From assembly GCA_037190965.1 (NCBI GenBank), contig JBBCKI010000045.1:24960-88959 (forward strand): 64,000 bases of DNA, given 5' to 3'. This document shows positions 42,631-52,388 of the stretch, in pieces. The notes under the pieces were generated by a model. The model did no database searches, was not told the DNA's origin, and worked only from the letters and a program-made list of their open reading frames with translations. Position 1 is the stretch's first letter; each line of letters starts with the position of its first letter. Source of the DNA: Chthoniobacteraceae bacterium (GTDB taxonomy: Bacteria; Verrucomicrobiota; Verrucomicrobiia; Chthoniobacterales; Chthoniobacteraceae). The position numbers and the translations under genes are program-made.

Positions 42631-43299
42631 ATGAAGTTCATTTACTTCTCCCTTTCGCTTTTCCTGATTTTCTTTGTTCCACTGTCGTTCATCGTCCGCA
42701 TGGTCGGCTCTATTTTTTCGGAGCGGTTACGCCGTCAGATTGCAGCCCACCCCGTGTGGAATTTTATTTGGTTTTTGTCCGCAGCAGCGTTTTTCTATTT
42801 TGCCACAGGGACCAATATTCACTCTTCTTCAAGAGAAGCGACCTTTTATCATAGTGCAAAAGGCAACGCCTATTGGAACACGATTTTAAATGGGCTCGGC
42901 AAAGAGATTGCCCGAAAGGACGGGATCATCTTTTATTATTTCCCGGGCCGGCATGGCCCCTCAGTCCATTCCATCCTTGAGGAAACCGCAGAAAATTCCC
43001 GCCAGGAATTCCTCCGAACGCTGACAGATCGGATCATCTTCGTCTACGACGAGCGCCAGCACGAACCGCTTCAACGGGTCAAGCTGCTAACCGGGCATGA
43101 GGAACCCGACATCGATGCCCTCGGGCGCTGGTGGCAGGTGGCAGGCAAGGACTTCGAGTTCGATTCCGGGGTCATCGAGCGTTACCGCCGATACTGGATT
43201 GAAAAGGACGGGGATCGCGTCAACAGACACGCCGCCTTTGAGCAAAGTGAACGGGAAAAAATCCTGCGCGGCGAGTATCGAAGCAAGCTGAAACACTAG
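42631..43299 (+). CDS. Hypothetical membrane protein (two N-terminal TM segments)
   Basis: Only long ORF in the gap; hydrophobic N-terminus; terminator downstream. Confidence 0.6.
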   Translation: MKFIYFSLSLFLIFFVPLSFIVRMVGSIFSERLRRQIAAHPVWNFIWFLSAAAFFYFATGTNIHSSSREATFYHSAKGNAYWNTILNGLGKEIARKDGIIFYYFPGRHGPSVHSILEETAENSRQEFLRTLTDRIIFVYDERQHEPLQRVKLLTGHEEPDIDALGRWWQVAGKDFEFDSGVIERYRRYWIEKDGDRVNRHAAFEQSEREKILRGEYRSKLKH

Positions 43300-43358
43300 C
43301 CACCAACCCTTGGAGATTGGCAGAGGAGCATTTAGAACGATCCGGCAAGATTGAACAG

Positions 43359-43398
43359 AGAAAGGCTGTTTCCCCGGAGTGAGGAAACAGCCTTTTCT
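43359..43398. terminator. Probably bidirectional terminator between convergent genes
   Basis: AAAGGCTGTTTCC-9 nt-GGAAACAGCCTTT stem with T runs on both strands. Confidence 0.8.
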
Positions 43399-43451
43399 GA
43401 ATCAGGAGACAGGGAACCGGGAATGAAAGGACCGACCGACTCCCGACCTAT

Positions 43452-46097
43452 CTAGGCGTTCAGCTTCGCGCGGCGGCGCTTCATGATGGCAAGCATCGCG
43501 AGCGAACCGGCGAAGAGAGCCCAGGTGGAGGGCTCGGGGATCGAAGTGAATATGAGATCGATTTTTCCCAAGTTGTACTCCAGGTAGCCGGCGACGGGGT
43601 AACCCAGGTCATTCACGAAAGACAGGCTAAGGGCACCCTCTTCAAACCCCGAAGAAGCAAGGCCGGAGCCGTTGCCGGTATAGAAGCGGAAGAGGGTGTA
43701 AGAGGTACCCAACTCGATCTTATTCAGGCTATCTAGCAAGGTGATCTCGATGACGTTGTTATTGAGAACCAGATCGCTGAGGGCAAAGTTCCAGAAATTG
43801 ATCTCATCATGACCGTCGCCACCGACGCGGAAGGAGAACTTTGATCCCGTAGCCATTGTCAGCAGGTTCGCGGTTGTTCCGGCACCGTCGAGGATGAGTG
43901 CGCCGGGCGCATTCCCCGTCCGGTCGCCAGCCGAGAGGTAAGCGCCGCTGGCCACGGTGATCTTCTTGCCGGTGCCTGGCTTCACGTAGCCCGTGCCACC
44001 GAATGTAGCGCCGCTATTCACGGTGATATTGCCGCCTCCCGCTCCGGACACTCCGCCGCCCAAGCCGTTGTTGATCATCAGCGCTCCGGCGTTGATTGTG
44101 GTGCCGTTCCCTCCAACGGTCCCGAAGTTGTTACTCCCGGTAAAAGCGAGAGTTCCCGTGCCGGTTTTAACGATGCTGAGATTGGTGCCGATCAATGACC
44201 CGGAGTAAACGGTGTTCTCGTTGTTACCGCCTATGGTCAACGTGTGACCGTTCGAGCCAACGTTGATGTCCCTGCTTCCGGCAAGGCCGCCAATGTTGCT
44301 GCTTTGATTAATGACCACCTGGCTCCCCGCGGCCGTGCCGGTATTCAGCGTGCTGAACTGCAGCGCGTTTGCGTTAGCAACGGTGAGGGTTCCCGACTTG
44401 ACCACAGTCTGCGCCGTGAAGGTATTGCTGCCCGAGAGAGTCAACATAGAGGTGGCGCTGTCTTGCTCTACCCCCGTCACATTCGAGCCGATCTCGTACC
44501 TAATGATTACCGATCCCGACCCGGTGCCGGAGTTGATGATGCGCCCGACATTGTTCGCGACACTTAGTTGGCCCGCGCTTCCGATATAGAGCCCGTCAGC
44601 CATGGAACCATTGTTTTTAAGAATAAGATCTCCCGTGCCGCTGATGGCGGAGACCGTTCCGTAAAGGCCCATCGCTTTTGCACCATTATTTATCAGGGTG
44701 GTGCCATTAGCGTTTACCTCGAGCGGGGTCGCTCTCATGAGCAGGGCTCCGCTCCCCGACAGCACGATCTCCGTCACATTCGACCCGATGCCAGCCGTGA
44801 ATTCCCTGTTACCGGTTCCAGTACCGCTAATAATCAGCGCTCCATGGTGATCGAGCTTTCCTGCTCCGCTGAAGATGGTCGCATTGACGTTATTGCTGGA
44901 TATAAAAGTCAGGTCGCCCGTTCCCGTTGTTCCGGCCGTGATCTCAGCCTTTTTTGACTGACTAAGGGTCGTGATGGTCGTTCCACCGCTGTTGACAGCG
45001 AGACCCTTGATAATGACATCACCTGCGGACGCCCCAGCCGTAATGGCGGTTACGTTCGACCCGACACCCCCATTGAGTGTCATAGCCTGCGCACCCGTGA
45101 CGGTGATCGTGCCATTCATGTTGATGATACCGGTGTTCGCGTTAAAGGCGGCACCGCCGTCCACAATCAGGTTGCCGGTACCGGTGACGCCGCCATTAAA
45201 AATTACCACTCCACCACTTCCCCCGATATGGAGATTGTTGTTGAGCGTCACCGCGCCTCCAAAAGTCCACCCGGCCGACCCACCAATCCGCAGTTCGCCA
45301 GTGCTCCCCGCCGCCACGTAGATAGCGTTATTTATCGCGTTGCCAATAGTTACGCCGGAGGTGTTCGTCAGTGTAGCATTGGCGCTGCCGCTGGAATTCC
45401 CAAGCGTAATGGTGCCCGTGCCCAAGATACTACTTGCATCAGCAATACTGACTGTCCCGGACTTGATGGCAAGGCCTCCCGAGAAGGTTCTTGAGGTATT
45501 ACTAAAACTCACAACCCCCGAGGTCTTGTTCACCTCGATGGCGGTGGTTCCGGTTGCGCCGCCATCTTGGATGATCCCAGTAAAAGCGATATTCCCGGCA
45601 CCACTCAACGTCAGCGTAAACGGACTCGTATTCCCGATATTGGTAATCCGCGAGCCGACCGTCAGTGTGTTGGTTGAATTGTTCGTCCATGTCTGATTCG
45701 CGCCAAGGCGCACCGTACCGCTACTGATAACGACCGCTCCCGCCATGCTATTCATCACAATGCCGCCCGACCCGAGGGACAACGTCCCGGTGGTAAGGGT
45801 CACCGGTCCCGTTGTGGTCGCGCCATCGCCGAAGATCAGGCCGTTGATGCTCCTCATGCCGCTATTGGGAGCCTTTCCCGTGTAGTCTATGAGGTTAAAC
45901 CGCGCAATATCGGTGACGAGGTCATCTGCCGGCGCAGCACCCCCGGTCCAGTTGGTGCCCAATGACCAAGTTGTGTTTGCGCCATTCCAATCAATGGTAG
46001 CGGCTTGTACGAAGGGTGCACCAGGGAATCCCGTGAGAAGTGCGGCGGCAAACGCAGCGGCTGCGATTTGGAACGTCTTGGGGGAGTTGGTCTTCAT
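43452..46097 (-). CDS. Secreted Gly/Thr/Asn-rich protein with autotransporter-associated beta-strand repeats and a PEP-CTERM sorting signal
   Basis: Signal peptide; LTLSGSNTFT..VKSGTL and KTGTGTLAFTGSN repeats; C-terminal IPEPSTWAL-TM-KRRR. Confidence 0.9.
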   Translation of the reverse strand: MKTNSPKTFQIAAAAFAAALLTGFPGAPFVQAATIDWNGANTTWSLGTNWTGGAAPADDLVTDIARFNLIDYTGKAPNSGMRSINGLIFGDGATTTGPVTLTTGTLSLGSGGIVMNSMAGAVVISSGTVRLGANQTWTNNSTNTLTVGSRITNIGNTSPFTLTLSGAGNIAFTGIIQDGGATGTTAIEVNKTSGVVSFSNTSRTFSGGLAIKSGTVSIADASSILGTGTITLGNSSGSANATLTNTSGVTIGNAINNAIYVAAGSTGELRIGGSAGWTFGGAVTLNNNLHIGGSGGVVIFNGGVTGTGNLIVDGGAAFNANTGIINMNGTITVTGAQAMTLNGGVGSNVTAITAGASAGDVIIKGLAVNSGGTTITTLSQSKKAEITAGTTGTGDLTFISSNNVNATIFSGAGKLDHHGALIISGTGTGNREFTAGIGSNVTEIVLSGSGALLMRATPLEVNANGTTLINNGAKAMGLYGTVSAISGTGDLILKNNGSMADGLYIGSAGQLSVANNVGRIINSGTGSGSVIIRYEIGSNVTGVEQDSATSMLTLSGSNTFTAQTVVKSGTLTVANANALQFSTLNTGTAAGSQVVINQSSNIGGLAGSRDINVGSNGHTLTIGGNNENTVYSGSLIGTNLSIVKTGTGTLAFTGSNNFGTVGGNGTTINAGALMINNGLGGGVSGAGGGNITVNSGATFGGTGYVKPGTGKKITVASGAYLSAGDRTGNAPGALILDGAGTTANLLTMATGSKFSFRVGGDGHDEINFWNFALSDLVLNNNVIEITLLDSLNKIELGTSYTLFRFYTGNGSGLASSGFEEGALSLSFVNDLGYPVAGYLEYNLGKIDLIFTSIPEPSTWALFAGSLAMLAIMKRRRAKLNA

Positions 46098-46543
46098 AAA
46101 TTTTTCGAACCGATTTCGCGATGGGATCGCAACATCGCCCTGGCATCCGCAACCTTGCTTCCACTTAGGCTAAAGCGCCGGGCATCAGATAGGGGGTTAA
46201 TCTGTAATATCGTTTTTACGCCCACGCAGAAGCCAATAGCAAGTGAAAAATGAGGATATTTACGTATCTGGAAGGCGCCTGGGAGTTTGCTCCGTCAGTC
46301 ATTCTTTTCTAAACCGACAGAGATCGATGCACACCGCAGCAATTGATCAAGTTGCCACCCGACGTGAGGAAGCCGATATCAACGCTTTAATGCGCTATAA
46401 AGACTTCTAGGCCATCGAACCGTTACCGCCGAGACTAGGCTGAAAACGGCCGAGGTTGCATCAATAGGTGTGCCGCCTTTGAGCAATGCGAGCGCGGAAG
46501 GATTCCACGAGAAACAGCTGGCACCCAGGTTAAATCTTAACCC

Positions 46544-47617
46544 CTACCCGCCCAAGACCACCACATCCTCGGGCGCGATACTCAATACGCAATCCCGCTC
46601 GCCCGCCATTGCGCGCGGGTTCAGCTCGTACACCTTCAACGCTCCGATGGCGGTCATGACCCGGTGCTGGGCCATCTCTCCCAAATAGGTCGTTTCGACG
46701 ATCCGCCCTGGCAGGGTATTCATCTCGTTGCCGGATGCGCCCGGAGAAAAACGCCACGCCTCGGGCCGTAGCGAGAGGGTGATCCCGTCACCTGCCATGA
46801 AGCCTCCCCCCTGCCCTGTTGCCCGGAAGCGGCGATCCCCAACCGCCGCAAGCAAGCCGCTGCCCCTCGCCTCCGCTACCGTTGCCTCCAGAAAATTGGT
46901 TTCGCCCACAAAATCGGCTACGAACCGCGAAACGGGCCGCCGATAGACCTCGTCCGGCGTGCCGATCTGACAGATTCGCCCCGCGTCGAACACCGCCAGC
47001 CTGTCGGCCACGGAAAGCGCCTCCTTTTGATCGTGCGTGACGTAAACCGCCGTCAACCCGGCCTCTTTGCAGATCCGGCGGATCTCCGTGCGCATTTCCA
47101 GCCGCAACTTGGCGTCGAGGTTGGAAAGCGGCTCGTCGAGCAGCAGACACCGGGGCCGCACCACCAACGCGCGCGCCAGCGCCACCCGTTGCTGCTGGCC
47201 GCCTGAAAGCTGGTGAATCCCCCGGGCGGCGTAGCTCTCCATCCGCACCGAGGCGAGCGCTTCCTCTACCCTCCGGGCGATCTCAGCGCGTGGGGTCTTC
47301 CGCTCCTCCAGCCCAAAAGCGACATTCTCCGCCACCGTCTTGTGCGGCCAGAGGGCGTAATTCTGGAACACCATCCCGGTATTCCGGAGATGCGCCGGGA
47401 GCCGGGTCACCTCCTCGCCACCGAAACGGACGACGCCCGCGTCCGGAAAATGAAACCCGGCCAGGCACCGGAGCAGCGTCGTTTTGCCGCAACCGCTCGG
47501 CCCAAGGAGGAAAAAAATTTCCCCCGGCGCGATTTCGAGGTTCACCCGGTCAAGCGCCACGGTGTCGCCGAAGCATTTGGAGAGCCCTTCGATGGAAATA
47601 CCGATCACAGGAATCAC
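46544..47617 (-). CDS. ABC transporter ATP-binding protein (FbpC/PotA-like)
   Basis: GPSGCGKTT, FQNYALWPH, LSGGQQQR, LDEPLSNLD; no adjacent permease. Confidence 0.92.
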   Translation of the reverse strand: MIPVIGISIEGLSKCFGDTVALDRVNLEIAPGEIFFLLGPSGCGKTTLLRCLAGFHFPDAGVVRFGGEEVTRLPAHLRNTGMVFQNYALWPHKTVAENVAFGLEERKTPRAEIARRVEEALASVRMESYAARGIHQLSGGQQQRVALARALVVRPRCLLLDEPLSNLDAKLRLEMRTEIRRICKEAGLTAVYVTHDQKEALSVADRLAVFDAGRICQIGTPDEVYRRPVSRFVADFVGETNFLEATVAEARGSGLLAAVGDRRFRATGQGGGFMAGDGITLSLRPEAWRFSPGASGNEMNTLPGRIVETTYLGEMAQHRVMTAIGALKVYELNPRAMAGERDCVLSIAPEDVVVLGG

Positions 47618-47628
47618 TGATTAAAGCG
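47609..47628 (+). repeat. Solo end of the fold-back MITE-like element
   Basis: AGGAATCACTGATTAAAGCG versus the terminus AGGGAACCACTGATTAAAGCG at 56963-56943. Confidence 0.55.
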
Positions 47629-47763
47629 ACATGGAGACAGATGCGAGCAAGTTTTGCCGGATGCCGATGCCGGGAGCAGAGGCAAACGGTCGAGCAATCG
47701 ATCTTTGAGGACAATCCTTCTTTCCTCCCGCAATAAAATGGTTCACTATCACGGCAAATCTGC

Positions 47764-48942
47764 ATGATCCAGCGCGACTACCTTATCATAGGCGCGGGCA
47801 TCGGCGGCGCTACCGTGTGCGAAACCTTGCGGGAATATGACCGCAAAGGTTCCGTCACCCTTGTAGGCAACGAATCGGCTCTTCCTTACTACCGCCCGCG
47901 ACTTTTCCCCTCCGTCCTGGCAGCCAAGAGCCCGCTGCTGGAGAAAATCGCTCATCTCACGCCGGAATGGTACGCGACCAATAAGGTCGAACTCCGGCTG
48001 GAAACTCTGGTCACCCAGCTCAATCTGGAACGGCGGCTTGCCGTTCTGAACACCGGGCAGGTCATTGAATTTCGCAAAGCTTGCCTTGCCATGGGGAGCC
48101 GACCCCGCCGCCCGCCGGTGGCCGGGGCGACCCTGGGCAACATTCTTTATGTCCGCCACCTCCGCGACGTCCTCGCGCTTCGGGAGATCGTGGCGCAGGA
48201 GAAAAACGTCATCATCATCGGGGGCGGGATGATCGCGGCGGAGGCCGCCTCCACGTTGCGCGGCATGGGGATCAAAGTACAAATCCTCTGCCGCTATCCC
48301 TCCCTCTGGCAAAAGTGGCTCGATGCGGAGACCGCCCGCTGGCTCACGGAAACCTTCGTAGAACACGGGGTGCCCGTATTGCACGAAACGCTCAACGGCT
48401 TCGAGGGCAAGACCGTGCTCCGCAACATCCAGACCAAGAGCGGCAACCGCTTCCCGGCGGGCCTCGTCATCGTCGCCGTCGGGGCCGAGCCGAACCTCGG
48501 CCTCGTGGCCAAAACCCCGCTGGGAACCCCCAACGGCGTCCCGGTCAATGAGACCCTGGAGACCGATGAAAAAGGGATCTACGCCGTGGGTGACATCGCC
48601 CTCTACCCCGACCCCGTTTTCGGCGGCGTGCGCAGAACAGAACATTGGGAAACGACGCTGGAACAGGGGCGCATCGCCGGAGCCAATATCACCGGCAAAA
48701 AACGGCAGAAATACAGAGGCCTCCCCTACCATGCCAGCACCGTCTTCGACCTTACCTTCGAGTTCGTCGGCGATTTCCGCCAAACCCCCGTCCGCTTCGA
48801 ACTGGATGGCGACCGGACAAAGCAAAAGTTCACCGCGCGGTATTACCAGGGGAACAAGCTGATGGGGATGTTGCTTTGTAACCAGCCCAAGGGGGCAAGC
48901 GAGGCGGCGAAGGAGGAAGTGTTGAAGGCGAACGGGAAGTAG
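47764..48942 (+). CDS. FAD/NAD(P)-dependent oxidoreductase (ferredoxin reductase-like)
   Basis: IIGAGIGG, PYYRP, IGGGMIAAE, IYAVGD, RTEHW. Confidence 0.88.
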   Translation: MIQRDYLIIGAGIGGATVCETLREYDRKGSVTLVGNESALPYYRPRLFPSVLAAKSPLLEKIAHLTPEWYATNKVELRLETLVTQLNLERRLAVLNTGQVIEFRKACLAMGSRPRRPPVAGATLGNILYVRHLRDVLALREIVAQEKNVIIIGGGMIAAEAASTLRGMGIKVQILCRYPSLWQKWLDAETARWLTETFVEHGVPVLHETLNGFEGKTVLRNIQTKSGNRFPAGLVIVAVGAEPNLGLVAKTPLGTPNGVPVNETLETDEKGIYAVGDIALYPDPVFGGVRRTEHWETTLEQGRIAGANITGKKRQKYRGLPYHASTVFDLTFEFVGDFRQTPVRFELDGDRTKQKFTARYYQGNKLMGMLLCNQPKGASEAAKEEVLKANGK

Positions 48943-48951
48943 GAACTCGAT

Positions 48952-49503
48952 ATGGCCTCCTTTCTATCCCTCATTTGGAAACTTACCAAGATAGCGCTAA
49001 TTCTATTTGTGCTTCTGCTGATTACCGGTCTCCTCTTTCCTGTCAATCGTTGCCGCACGCCAAGTAAACGTACATGGGCTAAAAACGACGTAGTCCAGAT
49101 CGTCAACGCGATCAAAAACTTCAATGTTGAATATGGCTACTACCCCCAAGTCACAGAAGACGGATCATGCGAATCCGCCGCAGCTAATGCAAAGCTGTTC
49201 AGGATTCTGAGCGGTACCGATATGAAGGGAAATCCCAAAGCCATCCGATTTATGGAAATCCCCAAGGCCAAAAAATCGCGCGGCCTTTTCCACTCGGGCA
49301 TCGATCCACAAACCGGCGCATGGAATGACCCATGGGGGCACTTTTATCGGGTCAGGATCACCGACTATTCCGCCTTGTCGCCTAAAAGCCCCTACATCGA
49401 TGAAAAAACGCCCACCTTCAGCGATTGCCTCGCATGGTCGCTCGGCAAAGACGGCATTCAAGGCGAGAAGAACGACTCCGACGACGTCACTTCCTGGCGC
49501 TGA
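48952..49503 (+). CDS. GspG-like pseudopilin-domain protein
   Basis: N-terminal TM, AIKNFNVEYGYYP, DPWG and WSLGKDG..DDVTSW C-terminal signature. Confidence 0.7.
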   Translation: MASFLSLIWKLTKIALILFVLLLITGLLFPVNRCRTPSKRTWAKNDVVQIVNAIKNFNVEYGYYPQVTEDGSCESAAANAKLFRILSGTDMKGNPKAIRFMEIPKAKKSRGLFHSGIDPQTGAWNDPWGHFYRVRITDYSALSPKSPYIDEKTPTFSDCLAWSLGKDGIQGEKNDSDDVTSWR

Positions 49504-49521
49504 TCTCTCCAAAAAGGTTTC

Positions 49522-50328
49522 TCACCGCATTCCCGCAAAGGAGAGATAGCGCTTCCGATACGCCCCCGGAGTCATCCCGACGGCGGCCTTGAAAACGTGG
49601 GTGAAAGAAGACGCGTCGCCAAAACCGCACTCCACGGCGATCCACTTGACCGGCTGCGGCGAGGAGACCAACCGTTCGCGCGCGGCCCGGAGCCGCTCCC
49701 GCACGACCGCCTGGTGAGGCGTCATCCCGAGATGTCGCACAAAAGCATGGTGCAGATGCGCCGGCGACCATCCCGCGACCCTTGCAATCTCAGCCACGGA
49801 ACAAGGTTTTGAAAAATTTTTGCCGATCCAATCCAACGTCAACCGGATCGGCACCGGCAGTTCCCGCCCCGCCTGACGTTGATGCAAGTGCAGGCAAAAG
49901 AGCAACCGACTCACCACATAGTTGCGAAGCACGGACCGGTCGAAAGCCTCGTCCTGAAAAAGCTTCACCGTTTCCTGGGTGAACTGTTTGACCTCCTCCA
50001 GATTCGCCCATACGGAAAACCGGGGGAACCCAAGCCCCTCGGGTTTGTCGCCCCGGAGGGTCACGGAAAGGCAACGGTACGGATCTTCGAAGTCGCTCTG
50101 ACCGATGGTGTAATCGCCTGGCTTGTTCCAGATCAAATCTCCGGGAAGAACCTCCCGCCAGCCGTCCCCCACGGAAATCCATCCCCGCCCGCCGGTCATC
50201 AGCTCGATCCTTTCGTAAAACGGGGGGATCGCCGCCGGCCTCGGATGGATGCCGGGGGGTTGATGATAATGACTAATCCCTTCCAGCAGCAATGCGTTGA
50301 GATCGATGTCGACTGAATCCATTTTCAT
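49522..50328 (-). CDS. AraC family transcriptional regulator
   Basis: C-terminal IAVECGFGDASSFTHVFK..GMTPGAYR; cupin-like N-terminus. Confidence 0.92.
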   Translation of the reverse strand: MKMDSVDIDLNALLLEGISHYHQPPGIHPRPAAIPPFYERIELMTGGRGWISVGDGWREVLPGDLIWNKPGDYTIGQSDFEDPYRCLSVTLRGDKPEGLGFPRFSVWANLEEVKQFTQETVKLFQDEAFDRSVLRNYVVSRLLFCLHLHQRQAGRELPVPIRLTLDWIGKNFSKPCSVAEIARVAGWSPAHLHHAFVRHLGMTPHQAVVRERLRAARERLVSSPQPVKWIAVECGFGDASSFTHVFKAAVGMTPGAYRKRYLSFAGMR

Positions 50329-50453
50329 GGGAGCGGGATCGCACCTTTCAACAACAGATCATAGTTTTCAACAACCATCGAATGTTGCGGGTCGAAAACA
50401 ATCCCTCAAATTACCCTCCAGCAATAGCTTTCAACAACTCCACTTCATCCACC

Positions 50454-51527
50454 ATGTCACAAATTCGTTTCGGATTTATCGGCGCAGGACAAATCGCCGA
50501 ATCCGCCGCCGCCGCAGTCAACAGCCATCCCAACGCCTCCGTGGTCGCCATCCAGGACCTCAATGCCCAACGGGTCGCGGAGCTCTGCAAAGCCCAGTCC
50601 ATCGCGAAAGGCTATGCCACGGCTGCCGAACTGCTGGCCGACCCGGAAGTCGACGCCGTTTATATCGCGGTGCCCAATAAATTTCACGCTCCGCTGGCCA
50701 TTCAGGCGCTGGAAGCCGGAAAGCATGTCCTTTTGGAAAAGCCGTTCGCCATGAACTCCGCTGAGGCCAAACAGGTGGCCGAAGCCGCCTGCAAGGCCGG
50801 CAAAGTGTTCACGCTCGGGATGAACTGCCGCTTCATGCATTCGGCCCAGAAAGTCAAAACCCTGGTGAACCAAAACGTTTTCGGCGAGATCTACCACGCC
50901 AAGGCCTACTGGTTCCGCCGGACGGGCATTCCCCGGTTGGGAACCTGGTTCGGCAACCGCGAACTCGCGGGCGGCGGCTGCCTCAACGACATCGGCGTTC
51001 ACGTGCTGGATCTCTGCCTTTACGTCATGGGCAATTTCGAGCCGGTCTCGGTCTTTGGCGCCACTTACGGGAAATTCGGCCATCGTGGTCTGGGCGAAGG
51101 CGGCTGGGGCAAATCGGAACGGACCAATATCACCTTCGACGTGGAGGACTTCGCCAGCGGCTTTATCCGCTTCGCCAACGGAGCCACCGTCTCCCTGGAC
51201 GTCTCCTGGGCCTGTCACCAGGCCGAGCCCAACCGGGCAGGCGTAGAAATCTATGGCACCGAGGGAGGCGCCAACGCCTTTGACGGGCGGTTATTCACCC
51301 CCGCTGCGCCGGATTCGGTCGCCAAAGGCTATCAGGTGACCCAGGACATCGACGCCGAGGTAGCCTTCCCGCACGGCGATCGTTTTCACAACTTCATCAA
51401 TCACCTGCTCGGCACTGAGGAACTCTGCGTGACGGTAGAACAGGCCCTGACCGTTCAGCGAATTTTGGACGCCCTTGCGGCCTCGGCCGCGAGCGGCCGG
51501 GAAGTGCGCCTCGACTGCAACGCGTAA
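50454..51527 (+). CDS. Gfo/Idh/MocA family oxidoreductase
   Basis: GFIGAGQIA, HVLLEKP, GGGCLNDIGVHVLD; start ATG 50454. Confidence 0.92.
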   Translation: MSQIRFGFIGAGQIAESAAAAVNSHPNASVVAIQDLNAQRVAELCKAQSIAKGYATAAELLADPEVDAVYIAVPNKFHAPLAIQALEAGKHVLLEKPFAMNSAEAKQVAEAACKAGKVFTLGMNCRFMHSAQKVKTLVNQNVFGEIYHAKAYWFRRTGIPRLGTWFGNRELAGGGCLNDIGVHVLDLCLYVMGNFEPVSVFGATYGKFGHRGLGEGGWGKSERTNITFDVEDFASGFIRFANGATVSLDVSWACHQAEPNRAGVEIYGTEGGANAFDGRLFTPAAPDSVAKGYQVTQDIDAEVAFPHGDRFHNFINHLLGTEELCVTVEQALTVQRILDALAASAASGREVRLDCNA

Positions 51528-51542
51528 AAGAGAATCGATTTG

Positions 51543-51585
51543 CGCGGGCGTTGCCTTGGGAAAGGGGACGCCCGCGTTTTTATTT
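51543..51585 (+). terminator. Rho-independent terminator
   Basis: CGCGGGCGT..ACGCCCGCG stem followed by TTTTTATTT. Confidence 0.8.
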
Positions 51586-51593
51586 CCCGGCAT

Positions 51594-51618
51594 AAAAAAA
51601 ACGCGGCCTTTGGCCGCG
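51594..51618 (-). terminator. Rho-independent terminator for infC
   Basis: CGCGGCC-aaa-GGCCGCG followed by T8 on the - strand. Confidence 0.75.
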
Positions 51619-51696
51619 CGGCGTCGCAGAGCTCCGCCCTCCGTTAGAAGCAGTGGCGCGGCAGCGCCTCCCGGAGGGCGGAGCTCCGCGACGCCG
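51619..51696. repeat. REPIN-like inverted pair (25-bp arms, 28-bp spacer)
   Basis: CGGCGTCGCAGAGCTCCGCCCTCCG and CGGAGGGCGGAGCTCCGCGACGCCG, one mismatch. Confidence 0.7.
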
Positions 51697-51782
51697 TGAC
51701 GTGACGCCTCCGTTGCCCTTCGAACCCCTCCCCCCACCGCACGCGCCACCACGGGCGCGTGCGCTATTGGGGTCAGAAAAGG

Positions 51783-52388
51783 CTATTCCTCGTCGCCTTC
51801 ATCGTCGTGATCCTCGTGGGCATCATCGCCTTCATCGACGTCGTTCTCCGGAATCGAGAACCGCCGCTTGCGTTTCGCGGCGGGAAGCGGCGAAAGCGTC
51901 ATGTTGATGCTCTTGCCGATCTGCTTGGGCTCCATTTCCACGGCAGCCATCGTCGAGAGGTCTTCCTTCACGCGCCGCATCACGGCTTCACCCAGATCCT
52001 TGTGCGCCATTTCGCGCCCCCGGAACTGAAGTTGAACCTTGAGCTTGTTCCCCTTGTCGAGGAACTGCTCTCCACGGCGGATCTTGGTCAGGTAATCATG
52101 CTCGTCAATATTGACGCGGAACTTGATTTCCTTGAGCTTGCTGGTGTTTTGCCGCTTGTCCTTTTCCTGTTTGGAAAGCTCATAGCGGAACTTGCCGAAA
52201 TCGACAATTCGGCAAACGGGGGGGGCTGCGTTGGGCGCGACCTCGACGAGGTCCATTCCCAGCGACTGCGCCTTTCTCAAGGCGTCTTGCAGCTTCATGA
52301 CACCAAGCTGCTCATGGGTGGACGCGACAATCACACGCACTTCTTTGGCGCGAATGCGTCCATTGACTCGAATCTGCTGTATTTGGAT
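51783..52388 (-). CDS. infC: Translation initiation factor IF-3, non-canonical ATC start
   Basis: RVNGRIRAKEVRVI, DLVEVAPNAAPPVCRIVDFGKFRYE, KEIKF, FRGREM; SD AAGGAG 8 nt before the ATC and an in-frame TAA two codons upstream. Confidence 0.92.
   Translation of the reverse strand: MQIQQIRVNGRIRAKEVRVIVASTHEQLGVMKLQDALRKAQSLGMDLVEVAPNAAPPVCRIVDFGKFRYELSKQEKDKRQNTSKLKEIKFRVNIDEHDYLTKIRRGEQFLDKGNKLKVQLQFRGREMAHKDLGEAVMRRVKEDLSTMAAVEMEPKQIGKSINMTLSPLPAAKRKRRFSIPENDVDEGDDAHEDHDDEGDEE

Noticed and set aside
46141..46159. Possible sigma54 promoter TGGCATCCGCAACCTTGC
   Set aside because: GG-to-GC spacing is 13 rather than 10, and it points away from the adjacent gene.
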